Positions 27,287 through 37,202 of a DNA stretch of 64,000 nt are shown here, one piece after another; within the stretch, counting starts at the first letter, position 1, and each line of letters starts with the position of its first letter. The notes under the pieces are model-generated. The model did not search any database. It was not told where the DNA came from and saw nothing but the letters and a program-made list of their open reading frames with translations. This DNA comes from an uncultured bacterium (lineage in GTDB: Bacteria; Patescibacteriota; Patescibacteriia; UBA9570; XYC2-FULL-38-9), in contig CALKUP010000006.1 in the NCBI GenBank assembly GCA_937996685.1, positions 64,001-128,000 of the forward strand, written 5' to 3'. The translations under genes and the position numbers were made by a program.

Positions 27287-28513
27287 TTATTTTTGCTTCG
27301 GGATTCCGAGGCGCTTCCGATTGAGGAGCGCCATCACCCGAGGACCGTAAAGCTCCAGACCCAGGTGCGCAACCAAATCGCGACACTTCTGAGGATCAGG
27401 GGTGAAGTGCTGCAGCCGCTCCAGAGCCAGGCAACCGAAGTCGTCAAGCCGAGGATTGAAGCGATCGTTCCATCTTTCCTGCCACGGAATCGTCGCCACC
27501 GCCTGTGGCGACTTGCAGTGACTCAGAAGTCCAACGTTGTCGAAGCCGAAAACTGGAACTCTGGCCGCAAGCATCTCTGCCGCAACCAGGCCGAAGGCCT
27601 CTCTCCAAGGGCTATTCCTCGAACCATCAAAGCTTCTCGGATTTGAAGTGAAGAAGCCCAAGTCAGCATCGTCCAAGATCCGCGACATCATACAATTGTC
27701 TCCCTCACCGTAGTAGGTGACGAAGTGTGCGGTCTCTGCTCTATTCTCGAAGAGATGTTGACGAGCGTAGTAGTGACCATGATGAGGATCGATTGGTCCC
27801 ATGACGTGGAGACGCAGATCCGGCGCCCAGCCCGATTCCCGCATCGCCTTGCAGGCTGCGATCGCAAGATCAAGACCTTTCACGCGGTCAACTCGTCCAA
27901 GGAACACTGCATTTTTTGGTGGCCAGACGTGAGCCTGCTTTTGGGTATGCACCAGACCCGTAGGGTTTTCCAGGCAGCCTGCATACCTGTTAGGCGCTCG
28001 CTCGTACTGCCCGAGCCCGACCGCGTAGTTGCTGATTCTGATGTCGCCGATTGCATCACTGAGATACTGACCCTGATCCAGGTGAACCAGGTTGTGAATG
28101 CGACCAGCATCAATACCTTCGAGCAAGTGCGCGTGCGTACCGAGATCGTTGAAGATGATGTGGTCAGGCCGATACGGCAAAGCCAAAATTGCCGCCTTCA
28201 CCTTGCGGTAGTAGGCAATCGGCTCAGCATGCGGGTCAAAGTCAGCATCCCAAGTCTCCCATCCGTAAGACACACGGCGATCATGACCACCCTCAGTGTA
28301 GGCGGAGGGCAACTGCAGGACCACAGTCGAATTCTCCATGCCGTCTGAACCGGCCGCGACGATGCAGTGGACGCCCACTTTATCACGCATATACCCCAAA
28401 GCCATCACGAGACGACGAGCAACGACGCCGCTACCTGAAGTTCTTGAATTGCGGACAGGGAACCGATCCGGACCAACAACGACAACCTTCTGCTTCTTGA
28501 TCTCAGCAGCCAT
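27287..28513 (-). CDS. Glycosyltransferase family 4-like (GT-B) encoded in a high-GC island
   Basis: RVDRVKGLDLAIAACK ... FGLVAAEMLAARVPVFGFDNVG GT4-type motifs. About 58-60% GC against a ~42% neighbourhood. Strong SD GGAAGGTGA 6 nt before the ATG. Confidence 0.6.
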   Translation of the reverse strand: MAAEIKKQKVVVVGPDRFPVRNSRTSGSGVVARRLVMALGYMRDKVGVHCIVAAGSDGMENSTVVLQLPSAYTEGGHDRRVSYGWETWDADFDPHAEPIAYYRKVKAAILALPYRPDHIIFNDLGTHAHLLEGIDAGRIHNLVHLDQGQYLSDAIGDIRISNYAVGLGQYERAPNRYAGCLENPTGLVHTQKQAHVWPPKNAVFLGRVDRVKGLDLAIAACKAMRESGWAPDLRLHVMGPIDPHHGHYYARQHLFENRAETAHFVTYYGEGDNCMMSRILDDADLGFFTSNPRSFDGSRNSPWREAFGLVAAEMLAARVPVFGFDNVGLLSHCKSPQAVATIPWQERWNDRFNPRLDDFGCLALERLQHFTPDPQKCRDLVAHLGLELYGPRVMALLNRKRLGIPKQK

Positions 28514-28690
28514 GAGTCACCTTCCTGCTTCTCTTTCTGATTGTGGAAGAACAGTACTTTCAGCACTGCTTATCGAAATAAACAGCCCTAAAAATAGCTC
28601 CTATAAATACTATAAAAATACCCACCTGTCAAACAAACAAGTATTTTTTCACCAGAAAATTGGCTGGTCTTATTTTCCTACAACTCTCAC

Positions 28691-31363
28691 CTATTTCTTG
28701 ATTTGCAACTTGTACTTTTTACTTAATGTATACCGCAATACGCGTTTTGACTTACTTGTGCGCAACTCAACTGTATCCTTGGCTGATAATCGAGTTTTTG
28801 AGGCCTTGACCTTTGTACTCGTAAACTTCACCACTGCTGTTTTTGAAAAGCCTTTTTGATCTTTTTTGATACGCAAGACAATCAATCGACCATTGTTTTT
28901 CCCCTTTTTATTTTTGAGTGTCACAATCGCGTCTTGTGATTTATCTTTGCGCAGATCTTTAATCAAGAGCGCTTTTTCTGCCCACGGCACAGAACTAATT
29001 CGTTTATTTGCAACACGCTCACCGGTGTATGCATTTAACACAGAAAGGTATTTTCCTTTCGGAGACAGGACAAGTAAATATCCGGTATTTGGAATGCGTG
29101 CTACTTCCGGCTGTCCCACAGTATCACCTGACTCAGGAGTAAAGACCGCTGTCTCACCCGTCGAATATGTAACAGTAATTGTTCCGTTGTTTCCTGCGGT
29201 CACACCACTAACTAACGTGTCATAGGTTGTTGCGTTTGTTGGATCTTGCGCTGCACGCTCATCTGGCGTGAATGTGTCACTGCCACTTGTTGTTGAACCG
29301 CCAGCTCCTGGAGTAGAAGCTGCTGCCGCAACAGTCACTACACGCGTTGCCTCACCTCGATTTCCTGAAGCGTCGACACTTGCATAAGTTAATGTATAGG
29401 TCCCTGCAACTGCCGTATTCACCGAACCGGACACCGTCACGCTCGTTGAACCAGTGCACGCATCTGCGGCTGTTGCTCCTGAGTCTGTAAATGTATCACC
29501 AACAGTCAGCGACGGAGCTGCGTTGCCAGAAACAGTCACAACTGGCGCAACACGATCAACGACGTTCACTGTACGATTTGTCGTTGCAACACGTTGAATA
29601 AAGTTTGTCAGTGAATAGGTTGTTGTAAATGAATGAACAAAACTAGCATCAAGCGAACTCGGCGCAGCAATCGCTGTCGTTGATTGAGAGGTATATGAAT
29701 CAAGCGCGCTCGCTCCTGGGTCAGTTGCCGCAACTCCACACTCAAGTGTTAATGGATTTGCGCCGGTAAGCGCCGGTGTTGTCGCAACAGAATAAATCAA
29801 ATGTGTTAACCCATTGTTTGTAACAGCGCCGCGTGTTCCGTCGTCGCTCACTGCTAATTCATCGTATCCGTCATTGTTCATGTCGAGACCAATTGAACCA
29901 ACAGTTGGGTACCCATCAGCACCAGGTGTCTCAAACACAACGCTACTAGCTGCGCTGGCTTGTGTTGCGATGTCAGATCGGCCATATAACAATGTATATT
30001 GATCACTACTTGTTGCTGTTGCGTATTGAAAAAACAACAGATCATCAATGCCATCGCCGTTCACGTCGCCGCTATTGTCGACAATCCGAGGATCATAAAT
30101 TGTTGAGCCTGTTGAAATCAGGTTTCCGGTCGACAACAATGCTGATGAAAAACGACCGAGCTGCCCGAAAAATAAACGCCCCCCAATTGTAAAATCAGAA
30201 TAGGTGTCATTATTATTGTCTCCTCCACCAGCTACTGTTAGGCCCGCATACTCACTCGCTGAAGACCCTGAAAAACGACTTGCTTGCCCGCCTGTTGCAA
30301 GCGAATTAATTGAATAACTCCCACTTAAGAGCGCATCTGAATCACACACAGCACTTGAACCAGCGCCATACAAAACATATCCAGCGCCAGCAATCGCATT
30401 ACTTCCTACTTTAAGGTATGGAGCACCCATTACAATATCAGCACACCCATCATGATCAACATCACCAGCAGCGCTCAGCGAAAAACCAAGAGCACCGCCT
30501 GAGCCAGTAATAATCCCAGTTCCAGGATCAACAGCAAGGTCTGCCACCTCACCGGTAATCCGCTTCACAGAAGAATGGGCAACGACGCTCACAATTAAAC
30601 CGTCCCCAGGTGTTCCACCGTACGCAGTGACAACTTCAGCTGGAGTTCCAGATGTACCATAGACAACATAGACAGCACCTTCAGTTGTTGGTGCTGAAAA
30701 TGCATTTTCTGTAAAATATGGCGCGCTAAAAACAACATCGTCAAGACCGTCATTATTCAAATCCCCTGCACGAATAACAGAGCCGCCAGCCATTGCGGCA
30801 GTTGCACTTGAAGAGGCTGGAATTGCAAACGCAATGAATTTATCAGCAGTATTAGACAGGTCAATCAACGAACCTCCGGTTAACTCTTCTTTTCCAAAAA
30901 TTAAAAAGGCCGCGCCTTGTCCACGACTTGAAGGAGCTCCGCCATATTTATATCCGCCGGCGAGTACAACAAAATCATCCATTCCATCGCCATTCACGTC
31001 GCCCACTCCGGAAATAGACGAACCGAATCCATCATTTGTTTGATAACTTGTGTATTCAATAGCTTGCATTGGATCAGCCGTCACTGTTGCTGCTGTGCCT
31101 TCTGCAACTTGCCCGGCTGCACCAAACACGACAACGACGGAATTACGCCCGAGCTTTGTTGCAGAGTATGCAAAGTCCTGGTATCCATCACCATTTACAT
31201 CACCAATAAAACCATGAGCGCCCATGACTTTATTTGATGCATCCGCAGCACTAAACGTTCGAATCGCTCCTTGGTCAGACTGTAAGCCAACTGCTTGAAC
31301 AGAAAACGGAACACAGGCAGCAATTGCACATAAAACGGATAAGATGAGCTTTGAATATCGCAT
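28691..31363 (-). CDS. Giant secreted FG-GAP repeat protein with a DUF5011-like Ig domain and a Lys-rich C-terminal tail
   Basis: Signal peptide MRYSKLILSVLCAIAACVPFSVQA (ATG 31363; track ORF from TTG 31384). Motifs GDVNGDGYQDFAY, GDLNNDGLDDVVFSAPY, GDVDHDGCADIVMGAPY. DUF5011-like VAPVVTVSG...GATAADAC...TYTLTYASVD. Tail ...KSKRVLRYTLSKKYKLQIKK. Confidence 0.7.
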   Translation of the reverse strand: MRYSKLILSVLCAIAACVPFSVQAVGLQSDQGAIRTFSAADASNKVMGAHGFIGDVNGDGYQDFAYSATKLGRNSVVVVFGAAGQVAEGTAATVTADPMQAIEYTSYQTNDGFGSSISGVGDVNGDGMDDFVVLAGGYKYGGAPSSRGQGAAFLIFGKEELTGGSLIDLSNTADKFIAFAIPASSSATAAMAGGSVIRAGDLNNDGLDDVVFSAPYFTENAFSAPTTEGAVYVVYGTSGTPAEVVTAYGGTPGDGLIVSVVAHSSVKRITGEVADLAVDPGTGIITGSGGALGFSLSAAGDVDHDGCADIVMGAPYLKVGSNAIAGAGYVLYGAGSSAVCDSDALLSGSYSINSLATGGQASRFSGSSASEYAGLTVAGGGDNNNDTYSDFTIGGRLFFGQLGRFSSALLSTGNLISTGSTIYDPRIVDNSGDVNGDGIDDLLFFQYATATSSDQYTLLYGRSDIATQASAASSVVFETPGADGYPTVGSIGLDMNNDGYDELAVSDDGTRGAVTNNGLTHLIYSVATTPALTGANPLTLECGVAATDPGASALDSYTSQSTTAIAAPSSLDASFVHSFTTTYSLTNFIQRVATTNRTVNVVDRVAPVVTVSGNAAPSLTVGDTFTDSGATAADACTGSTSVTVSGSVNTAVAGTYTLTYASVDASGNRGEATRVVTVAAAASTPGAGGSTTSGSDTFTPDERAAQDPTNATTYDTLVSGVTAGNNGTITVTYSTGETAVFTPESGDTVGQPEVARIPNTGYLLVLSPKGKYLSVLNAYTGERVANKRISSVPWAEKALLIKDLRKDKSQDAIVTLKNKKGKNNGRLIVLRIKKDQKGFSKTAVVKFTSTKVKASKTRLSAKDTVELRTSKSKRVLRYTLSKKYKLQIKK

Positions 31364-31398
31364 AAAAAATTGCGTGAACGGCAAATTAATTGGGCTAT

Positions 31399-31427
31399 AA
31401 TATACTTATAAAATACTCTTTTGTCAA
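31399..31427 (-). promoter_or_regulatory. Sigma70-like promoter TTGACA-17-TATATT for the FG-GAP surface protein gene
   Basis: Minus-strand TTGACA (plus 31422-31427), 17-nt spacer, TATATT (plus 31399-31404). Confidence 0.5.
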
Positions 31428-31483
31428 TATCTACACAAGAGAGCTTGAAAAATCTGTATTTTTTTGGCTAATATCTGCACTAT

Positions 31484-32173
31484 TTAATCAGGTCGAATGA
31501 CTGTGCCGATAAATTCCGTGCCATCAATGATCGCTTCAACGTTTTCTAAATTTTTTCCGTTTGCAATAATCACTGTTTTGCTGTGTTCAGCTGCAAGCTT
31601 TGCGGCAATCGGATCAAACGGCGCGTTCAAGCCTGGTTTCCACTCTGTGCCAACAATTTTTTGAAACTCTGACCATGTTGTCTCAAGAATCGGTATTGCA
31701 GTTGGATCTTGCTTTGGATCAGCCGTGTAGGCATATTCAATATTCGATAGATTCACAACCATGCCTGCGCCTACTGTCACAGCAACTTGCACCGCATCGT
31801 AATCCGTTGACCAACCCGGTTTCCAGCCAGCGCCAATACGAATCGGTGTTGTCATTTCAAATGAAACTGTCGGATCAACAATAATTTCTTCTGCAGCAAG
31901 ATCCCCGAACATCGCACGCACTAATTGCGCATTTAAACGAGATCCATGAATCCCGATCCAATCAAGATCCGCGTCAGTTGTGTCTTTGATCCCACGCAAA
32001 CCATCCATATATAAACGAGCAGTATTTCCCCCACCAGTAAAAATCACAAACTCAAATCCTTCCTCAACTTTTCGCAAAATAAGTTCACGAAACCCTTTCA
32101 ACATTTCGCTGCTCACTGCTTCAGGAATAATCAATGATCCGCCAAGGGATAAAATAACACGTTTAGTTTCCAT
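31484..32173 (-). CDS. pyrH: Amino-acid-kinase family protein, putative archaeal-type UMP kinase
   Basis: KRVILSLGGSLIIPE ... FTGGGNTAR glycine-rich kinase motifs, 229 aa. Confidence 0.5.
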   Translation of the reverse strand: METKRVILSLGGSLIIPEAVSSEMLKGFRELILRKVEEGFEFVIFTGGGNTARLYMDGLRGIKDTTDADLDWIGIHGSRLNAQLVRAMFGDLAAEEIIVDPTVSFEMTTPIRIGAGWKPGWSTDYDAVQVAVTVGAGMVVNLSNIEYAYTADPKQDPTAIPILETTWSEFQKIVGTEWKPGLNAPFDPIAAKLAAEHSKTVIIANGKNLENVEAIIDGTEFIGTVIRPD

Positions 32174-33050
32174 AATATTTTGCTTTATTCGTTAGATGTT
32201 CTTCGTAGGTTTTGCTATAAATTGCTTTATTCTCTGGCGGTGGTGTTGTTAGGAAGAAATAATAATCTGTCATCTTTGGTTTCAGCACCGCTTCAATTGC
32301 GCCAATGCTGGGATTATTAATTGGCGTTGGCGGGAGCCCGCTGTTTTGGTAGGTGTTGTACTCATTTTGAATCTTTGTATCCGCAAATGATGGGGTTGTC
32401 GTTTTTTTGCCGGTCACATAATTGACTGTCGCATCAGATTGCAGTGGATAGGTATCCGAAAGACGTGACAAAAAAATACCAGCGACAGTTGCTCGATCTG
32501 CTTTATTTGCAACTTCTTTTTCTACAACACTCGCAAGCGTCAAAATTTCATAAAATGAATAGTCACTTTTTTTAATCAGCGCCATGTCATCATCAGTCAA
32601 TTTTGCAAGCATGTTATCCAGTAATTTTTTCACCACTTCTTGCGGAGTTGCGTCGGCAAAAAACTTATAGGTATCAGGATACAGATATCCTTCTGAAGAC
32701 AGTTTTTTTGTTGGCAATCCTTCAAACAATACAGCGTATTTACTCGCTGAATCTTTTTGCAGCGTTGCAATTTCTTCCTCGAGCTGTTCTTCTGTGATAC
32801 CGAGACCCTGTTTTTGCATTTCTGCAATCGCTTGATTTTCTGTCCAGCCTTCAATAATACGCACTGTCACTTCTGCTCGTTTTTGACTTGCCGCGAGGCG
32901 TTTCGCTGCTTGCGCCGCTTGATATTGTTGCACACCAAAAGCAACACCGCCGATACACACAAGCAGCACAATCACCACAATAAATCGCTTGGTGTTTGAT
33001 TTTTTTCGTGGGGGCAACAATGAATCCGTATTATTTATTTCCATATGCAT
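32163..33050 (-). CDS. mltG: Endolytic murein transglycosylase MltG (YceG-like)
   Basis: N-terminal TM, then YPDTYKF ... LTLASVVEKE ... DRATVAGIFLSRL ... LQSDATVNY ... YNTYQNSGLPPTPINNPS YceG signature. Confidence 0.8.
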   Translation of the reverse strand: MHMEINNTDSLLPPRKKSNTKRFIVVIVLLVCIGGVAFGVQQYQAAQAAKRLAASQKRAEVTVRIIEGWTENQAIAEMQKQGLGITEEQLEEEIATLQKDSASKYAVLFEGLPTKKLSSEGYLYPDTYKFFADATPQEVVKKLLDNMLAKLTDDDMALIKKSDYSFYEILTLASVVEKEVANKADRATVAGIFLSRLSDTYPLQSDATVNYVTGKKTTTPSFADTKIQNEYNTYQNSGLPPTPINNPSIGAIEAVLKPKMTDYYFFLTTPPPENKAIYSKTYEEHLTNKAKYYGN

Positions 33051-34132
33051 TACAACAGCTCTGTATTATCCGCCGCTTCTAAGGCTTCAACGATGTCCTT
33101 CACGCGCTGTGTTTGTGATTTTTTTGCAATGAGCAATGCATCGTCTGTATCAATAATCACCAAATCATCAAGACCGATGGTTGCAATGAGTTTCTTTTTG
33201 CCGTTGCGATAAATCAACACGTTATTGCTTTCAACGTTTTGATGCTCTGCATTAATCACAACATTTTCCGCTTCACTTGCCGACAACTCATCTTTCAAGC
33301 GAGACCAATCCCCGATATCATTCCAACCAATACTTGCTGGAATTGTTGCAATTTTGTGCGTCTTTTCAATAATCGCGTAATCAACCGCGACTTTTTCCAA
33401 TGTCGGATAGACCTCATGCAATACACGCTCTTGATCTGGTGTACCAATTGCGTCGGCAATTTTTTCAAGCTCTGCGTACATTTCTGGCAAATGCGTTTTA
33501 TATAAATCCAAAATTGTTTTCACACTCCAGACAAACATATTCGCGTTCCACAAATAATTACCCGCTTCAAAAAATTCTTTCGCAGTTGCGGCGTCTGGCT
33601 TTTCCGTAAAGCGAATAACCTCGTGCACTGTCACTCCATTCACCTCTTCAATTTTTTCACCGTACTGAATATATCCCATGCTGGTATCCGGATGTTGCGG
33701 CTCAATCGCAATTGGGACAATGTATTCTGGATGAGCCTTAACAAAACCTTCCGCAGCGAGCAATGCATCTTGAAATTCTTTTGTCAGTCGAACACTGTGA
33801 TCAGACCCAAGACTTGCAACAATTGCATTCGGATCACGCTTGGCGATCATAATTGATTCAAGACCAATAGCGGCAGCGGTATCTTTTCGAGCTGGTTCAA
33901 TAATCAAATTCTGAGCTGGAATTTCTGAGCACTGCTCAAGCACAAGCTCTTTGCATTGTGTGTTTGTTGAAACAAAAATATCTTCAATTGGAGCAATGTC
34001 GCGTACTCGATCAAGGGCCTCTTGAAGCATTGTGCGTTCGCTTAAAAACGCATGAAACTGTTTTGGAGCAAGTTTACGACTAACAGGCCAGAGACGAGAG
34101 CCGGCTCCACCGGCACGAATAACAATATGCAT
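33050..34132 (-). CDS. manC: Mannose-1-phosphate guanylyltransferase (GMP/ManC nucleotidyltransferase)
   Basis: MHIVIRAGGAGSRLWPVSRKLAPKQF N-terminus typical of GDP-mannose pyrophosphorylase. Confidence 0.75.
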   Translation of the reverse strand: MHIVIRAGGAGSRLWPVSRKLAPKQFHAFLSERTMLQEALDRVRDIAPIEDIFVSTNTQCKELVLEQCSEIPAQNLIIEPARKDTAAAIGLESIMIAKRDPNAIVASLGSDHSVRLTKEFQDALLAAEGFVKAHPEYIVPIAIEPQHPDTSMGYIQYGEKIEEVNGVTVHEVIRFTEKPDAATAKEFFEAGNYLWNANMFVWSVKTILDLYKTHLPEMYAELEKIADAIGTPDQERVLHEVYPTLEKVAVDYAIIEKTHKIATIPASIGWNDIGDWSRLKDELSASEAENVVINAEHQNVESNNVLIYRNGKKKLIATIGLDDLVIIDTDDALLIAKKSQTQRVKDIVEALEAADNTELL

Positions 34133-34135
34133 ACA

Positions 34136-34984
34136 CTATTTTAGTAAAAGGATAAACGCGACAATCACCGCAAGTCCAATGCGATACCACGCAAAAACGG
34201 CCAGTGATCGATGACTCAAGTAACGAAGCAGTCCGGCAATCGCGATAAACCCAACAATTGCTGAAAAAAGCACAGCAATTGACAAGGAAGCGAGTTGGTC
34301 AGACGTCACACCAACACTAGCAAGATCAGCGGTCTTTTTCAAGGTTGCTGCCAAAATAATTGACGCAGAGAGCAAAAAAGAAAAACGAGCCGCGTGTGCC
34401 CGGGACAACCCGAGCATCATTCCGGTGATAATTGTAATCCCGGACCTTGATGTTCCAGGAATCAGCGCAAAAGCCTGTGCAACACCAATGGTCAGTGCTT
34501 GTTTGAGGGTAATCTGATCAATCGTCGAATGCTCAATCTGTTTTGCTACTTTTTCGACCCAAAAAAATGCGCAACCAATCACAATCAACATTGTAATCAC
34601 AATCCACGGTGAACGCAGAACATCTTCAATAAACGACTGAAACAACAAACCAGTTACACCCGCTGGAATCACCGCGAAAAATAAATACCACGCGATTTTT
34701 TGATCTGTTGTCAGATGCGTCGCTGTTTGCATTGATGGTTTTTTCAACAACGACAAAAGACTTGTCAGCCAGGCAACGAGATAGCGCAATAAATCTCGCC
34801 AAAAAAAGGTAAAGAGCGCGAGCAATGTCCCAATATTTAATGCAGCATCAAATGATGCTTCATCAATGGTTGTAAATGACGGCAATACGGCGTGTAATAA
34901 TAACAAATGCCCAGACGATGACACCGGAATGAACTCCGTGAGACCTTGGACGCTTCCGTAAATAATTGGTAGAATAAATGACAT
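34136..34984 (-). CDS. uppP: Undecaprenyl-diphosphate phosphatase UppP/BacA
   Basis: GLTEFIPVSSSGHL and PGTSRSGITI signature motifs, 8 TM. Confidence 0.85.
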   Translation of the reverse strand: MSFILPIIYGSVQGLTEFIPVSSSGHLLLLHAVLPSFTTIDEASFDAALNIGTLLALFTFFWRDLLRYLVAWLTSLLSLLKKPSMQTATHLTTDQKIAWYLFFAVIPAGVTGLLFQSFIEDVLRSPWIVITMLIVIGCAFFWVEKVAKQIEHSTIDQITLKQALTIGVAQAFALIPGTSRSGITIITGMMLGLSRAHAARFSFLLSASIILAATLKKTADLASVGVTSDQLASLSIAVLFSAIVGFIAIAGLLRYLSHRSLAVFAWYRIGLAVIVAFILLLK

Positions 34985-35446
34985 ATGGAAATATTGAATG
35001 GTTCTGCATGGGAAGTGCTGATTGCGCCTCTTGCTGCAATGATTATATCACAGCTTATTAAAGTTGTCAGAGGTCGTAAAAACGGCAAACTTGCCTGGAG
35101 TGAGTTGAATAAATACGGCGGAATGCCAAGTTCACACACCGGCCTGTTTATTGCACTTACTGCAATTGTTGGGTTGACTGTTGGATTTGTCTCTCCCCTA
35201 TTTTTTGTCACTTTGTTCGTTTCGATCACATTTATTCGTGATGCTATTGGCATTCGCTGGTCATTAGGCTTTCATGGAAAAATGCTCAATAAACTCATTG
35301 ATGAATTGCCACAAACGGAACAAAAAGAATACCCAGGTCACTTAGAAGAACGCCTTGGGCACACGCCATATGAAGCAGTTGTTGGCGGAATGCTTGGATT
35401 TTTTATCGCACTCCTGACACACGGCCTTTTTTTGATGTTGCAATAA
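34985..35446 (+). CDS. Divergent PAP2-family membrane phosphatase (DUF212/YuiD-like)
   Basis: YGGMPSSHTGLFIALTA and GHTPYEAVVGG motifs. Its start codon directly abuts the uppP start codon (CAT|ATG at 34982-34987). Confidence 0.7.
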   Translation: MEILNGSAWEVLIAPLAAMIISQLIKVVRGRKNGKLAWSELNKYGGMPSSHTGLFIALTAIVGLTVGFVSPLFFVTLFVSITFIRDAIGIRWSLGFHGKMLNKLIDELPQTEQKEYPGHLEERLGHTPYEAVVGGMLGFFIALLTHGLFLMLQ

Positions 35447-35720
35447 AAGAAAAAGCCGCCCGTAATACACAGAAAAACCGGATTGGAGGAGACTCAGGCT
35501 TGCAAGCGACCCTGGAGGTAGTAGGTGCTCGAAAAGCAAAGTCTTGGTTTTTTGTATACACGGACGGTTTTATAAAAAGAACAGAATTGAAAAACAGAGA
35601 AATTTCGAGACAGCGAGCCGTTGAAGAAGCGTTTGCCCCCCTCCCAGACGCAAAGCGCCTCAGCAACGGCTGCTGTGATCGAAACGATGTGTTCATTTTA
35701 TTAGGCGGCTGACAGCCGGT

Positions 35721-35750
35721 CAACCGCGGACTGGTTGGGTGTTTTTGCTG
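35721..35750 (+). terminator. Hairpin plus T-tract at the boundary of the high-GC island (bidirectional potential)
   Basis: CAACC-GCGGACT-GGTTG followed by GGTGTTTTTGCTG. Ends 1 nt before the guaB1-like stop codon. Confidence 0.4.
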
Positions 35751-37202
35751 TTACTTCCGGATGGCGCCGTGGGGAGTACCTTCATGGAAGGCGGCCGACG
35801 TCTGCACGCCAACGATCGCTTCCACACAGAACTCAGGCAACGTGCGTGCGCCGACGTAGGTCATCGAGGACTGAAGTCCTGTGATGTAGGCCGCGACGAA
35901 GCGACCGACGGTGTCCTGGCCTTCACGCAGGAATACCTTCGAGTTGGAGATACCCTCCTCGTACATCGCACGGATCGCAGCCTCGAATTCACCAATGCCG
36001 GCGTTGCGGTCCACAACGGCGCGACGCGATGCCATGCCGAAGTTCACCTTGTAGGCCGCGCCGTCCGGGTCGCGCTTGAGCTCGCCGGGCGCCTCGTACG
36101 TACCCGCGAGAGATGTGCCGATCATGACGCGGCTTGCTCCGGCAGCGAGGTAGAGACCCAGATCGCGCGGGTGCTTGACGCCCCCGTCGGCCCAGATGAA
36201 TCCACCAACATCCTTCGCCGCAAGCGCGCAAGCGACGGTAGTGCTGAAGCTCGGGCGACCGACACCGGTCTGCAACCGCGTCGTACACATCGCTCCCGGG
36301 CCGACGTTCGTCTTCACGATGTCGGCACCGGCCTCGATCAGACGCTTGACGCCGTCGGGCATGCAGACATTGCCGGCCACGAGCTTCACGCCGGGATCGA
36401 CCGCGGCACGGACCTCGCGTAGTGCCTTGAGCATCTTAACCTGGTCGCCGTGCGCCGTGTCGAGCACGATCACACTGGCGCCAGCCTCGACACACGCGAC
36501 AGCCTTTTTGACCGACTCGCCGTTGATTCCGACGGCAGCACCGACTGCCATGTCGCTCGTCTGCCATGGGTTGAGAGCTCGGTGGACCAGAAGGTCCCGA
36601 CTGACGGTGCCGATGAGCACGCCACTGCTGTCCACAACCGGAGCCACGCTAACGCGAGCAGCGAAGAGCTGTTCGAACATGTACTGAAGCGAGGAGTCGG
36701 GACGGATCGCGAATGGCGCGGTCATGAAGGCATGCGCCTTCGCAAACGGGTCGAGCTTCTCGCGAAACTTGTCATCCCACAGGTCGTCGGGAGTGACAAC
36801 ACCGAGTGGCTTGCGCTGATCGTCAACCACGATCACCAAGCGGCAGCCGCGGCGGTTCACGAGATCCATCACGAGGCGCGCGTCCTGGTTCGGCCCCACG
36901 GTGAGCGGGGTCTCGAAGATCGGATGCGCACTGCAGACCTTGCGGATCGCGCGCGTGACGGTCTCGACCGACATGTCCTGTGGAAGGATGGCGATGCCAC
37001 CGGCGCGAGCGAGGGCCTCGGCCAGACGCTTCCCCGCCACCGCGTTCATGTTCGCGGCGACGATCGGATTGCTGCCAGGCAGGCCGTCGATCGGGGTGAT
37101 GTTGACATCACGGCGGGAGTTACCGGTCCAGTGACCCTGGCAAAGGAAGACGTCCTCGAGCGCGAGCTCACGACAAGCATCCTCAGAGTTAAGAAAACGC
37201 AT
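35751..37202 (-). CDS. IMP dehydrogenase / GMP reductase family protein with a CBS pair (GuaB1-like), high-GC island
   Basis: Catalytic loop NVGPGAMCTTR. CBS pair within ...LTVGPNQDARLVMDLV...VVDSSGVLIGTVSRDLL. About 62-67% GC. Start ATG 37202 (MRFLNSED) preceded by SD GGAAGGAGA. Confidence 0.75.
   Translation of the reverse strand: MRFLNSEDACRELALEDVFLCQGHWTGNSRRDVNITPIDGLPGSNPIVAANMNAVAGKRLAEALARAGGIAILPQDMSVETVTRAIRKVCSAHPIFETPLTVGPNQDARLVMDLVNRRGCRLVIVVDDQRKPLGVVTPDDLWDDKFREKLDPFAKAHAFMTAPFAIRPDSSLQYMFEQLFAARVSVAPVVDSSGVLIGTVSRDLLVHRALNPWQTSDMAVGAAVGINGESVKKAVACVEAGASVIVLDTAHGDQVKMLKALREVRAAVDPGVKLVAGNVCMPDGVKRLIEAGADIVKTNVGPGAMCTTRLQTGVGRPSFSTTVACALAAKDVGGFIWADGGVKHPRDLGLYLAAGASRVMIGTSLAGTYEAPGELKRDPDGAAYKVNFGMASRRAVVDRNAGIGEFEAAIRAMYEEGISNSKVFLREGQDTVGRFVAAYITGLQSSMTYVGARTLPEFCVEAIVGVQTSAAFHEGTPHGAIRK

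Noticed and set aside
27725-28859. 207-, 103- and 173-aa ORFs overlapping the high-GC GT4 gene and its upstream region
   Set aside because: Same high-GC artefact. No conserved motifs and no start context. The GT4 frame is the coding one.
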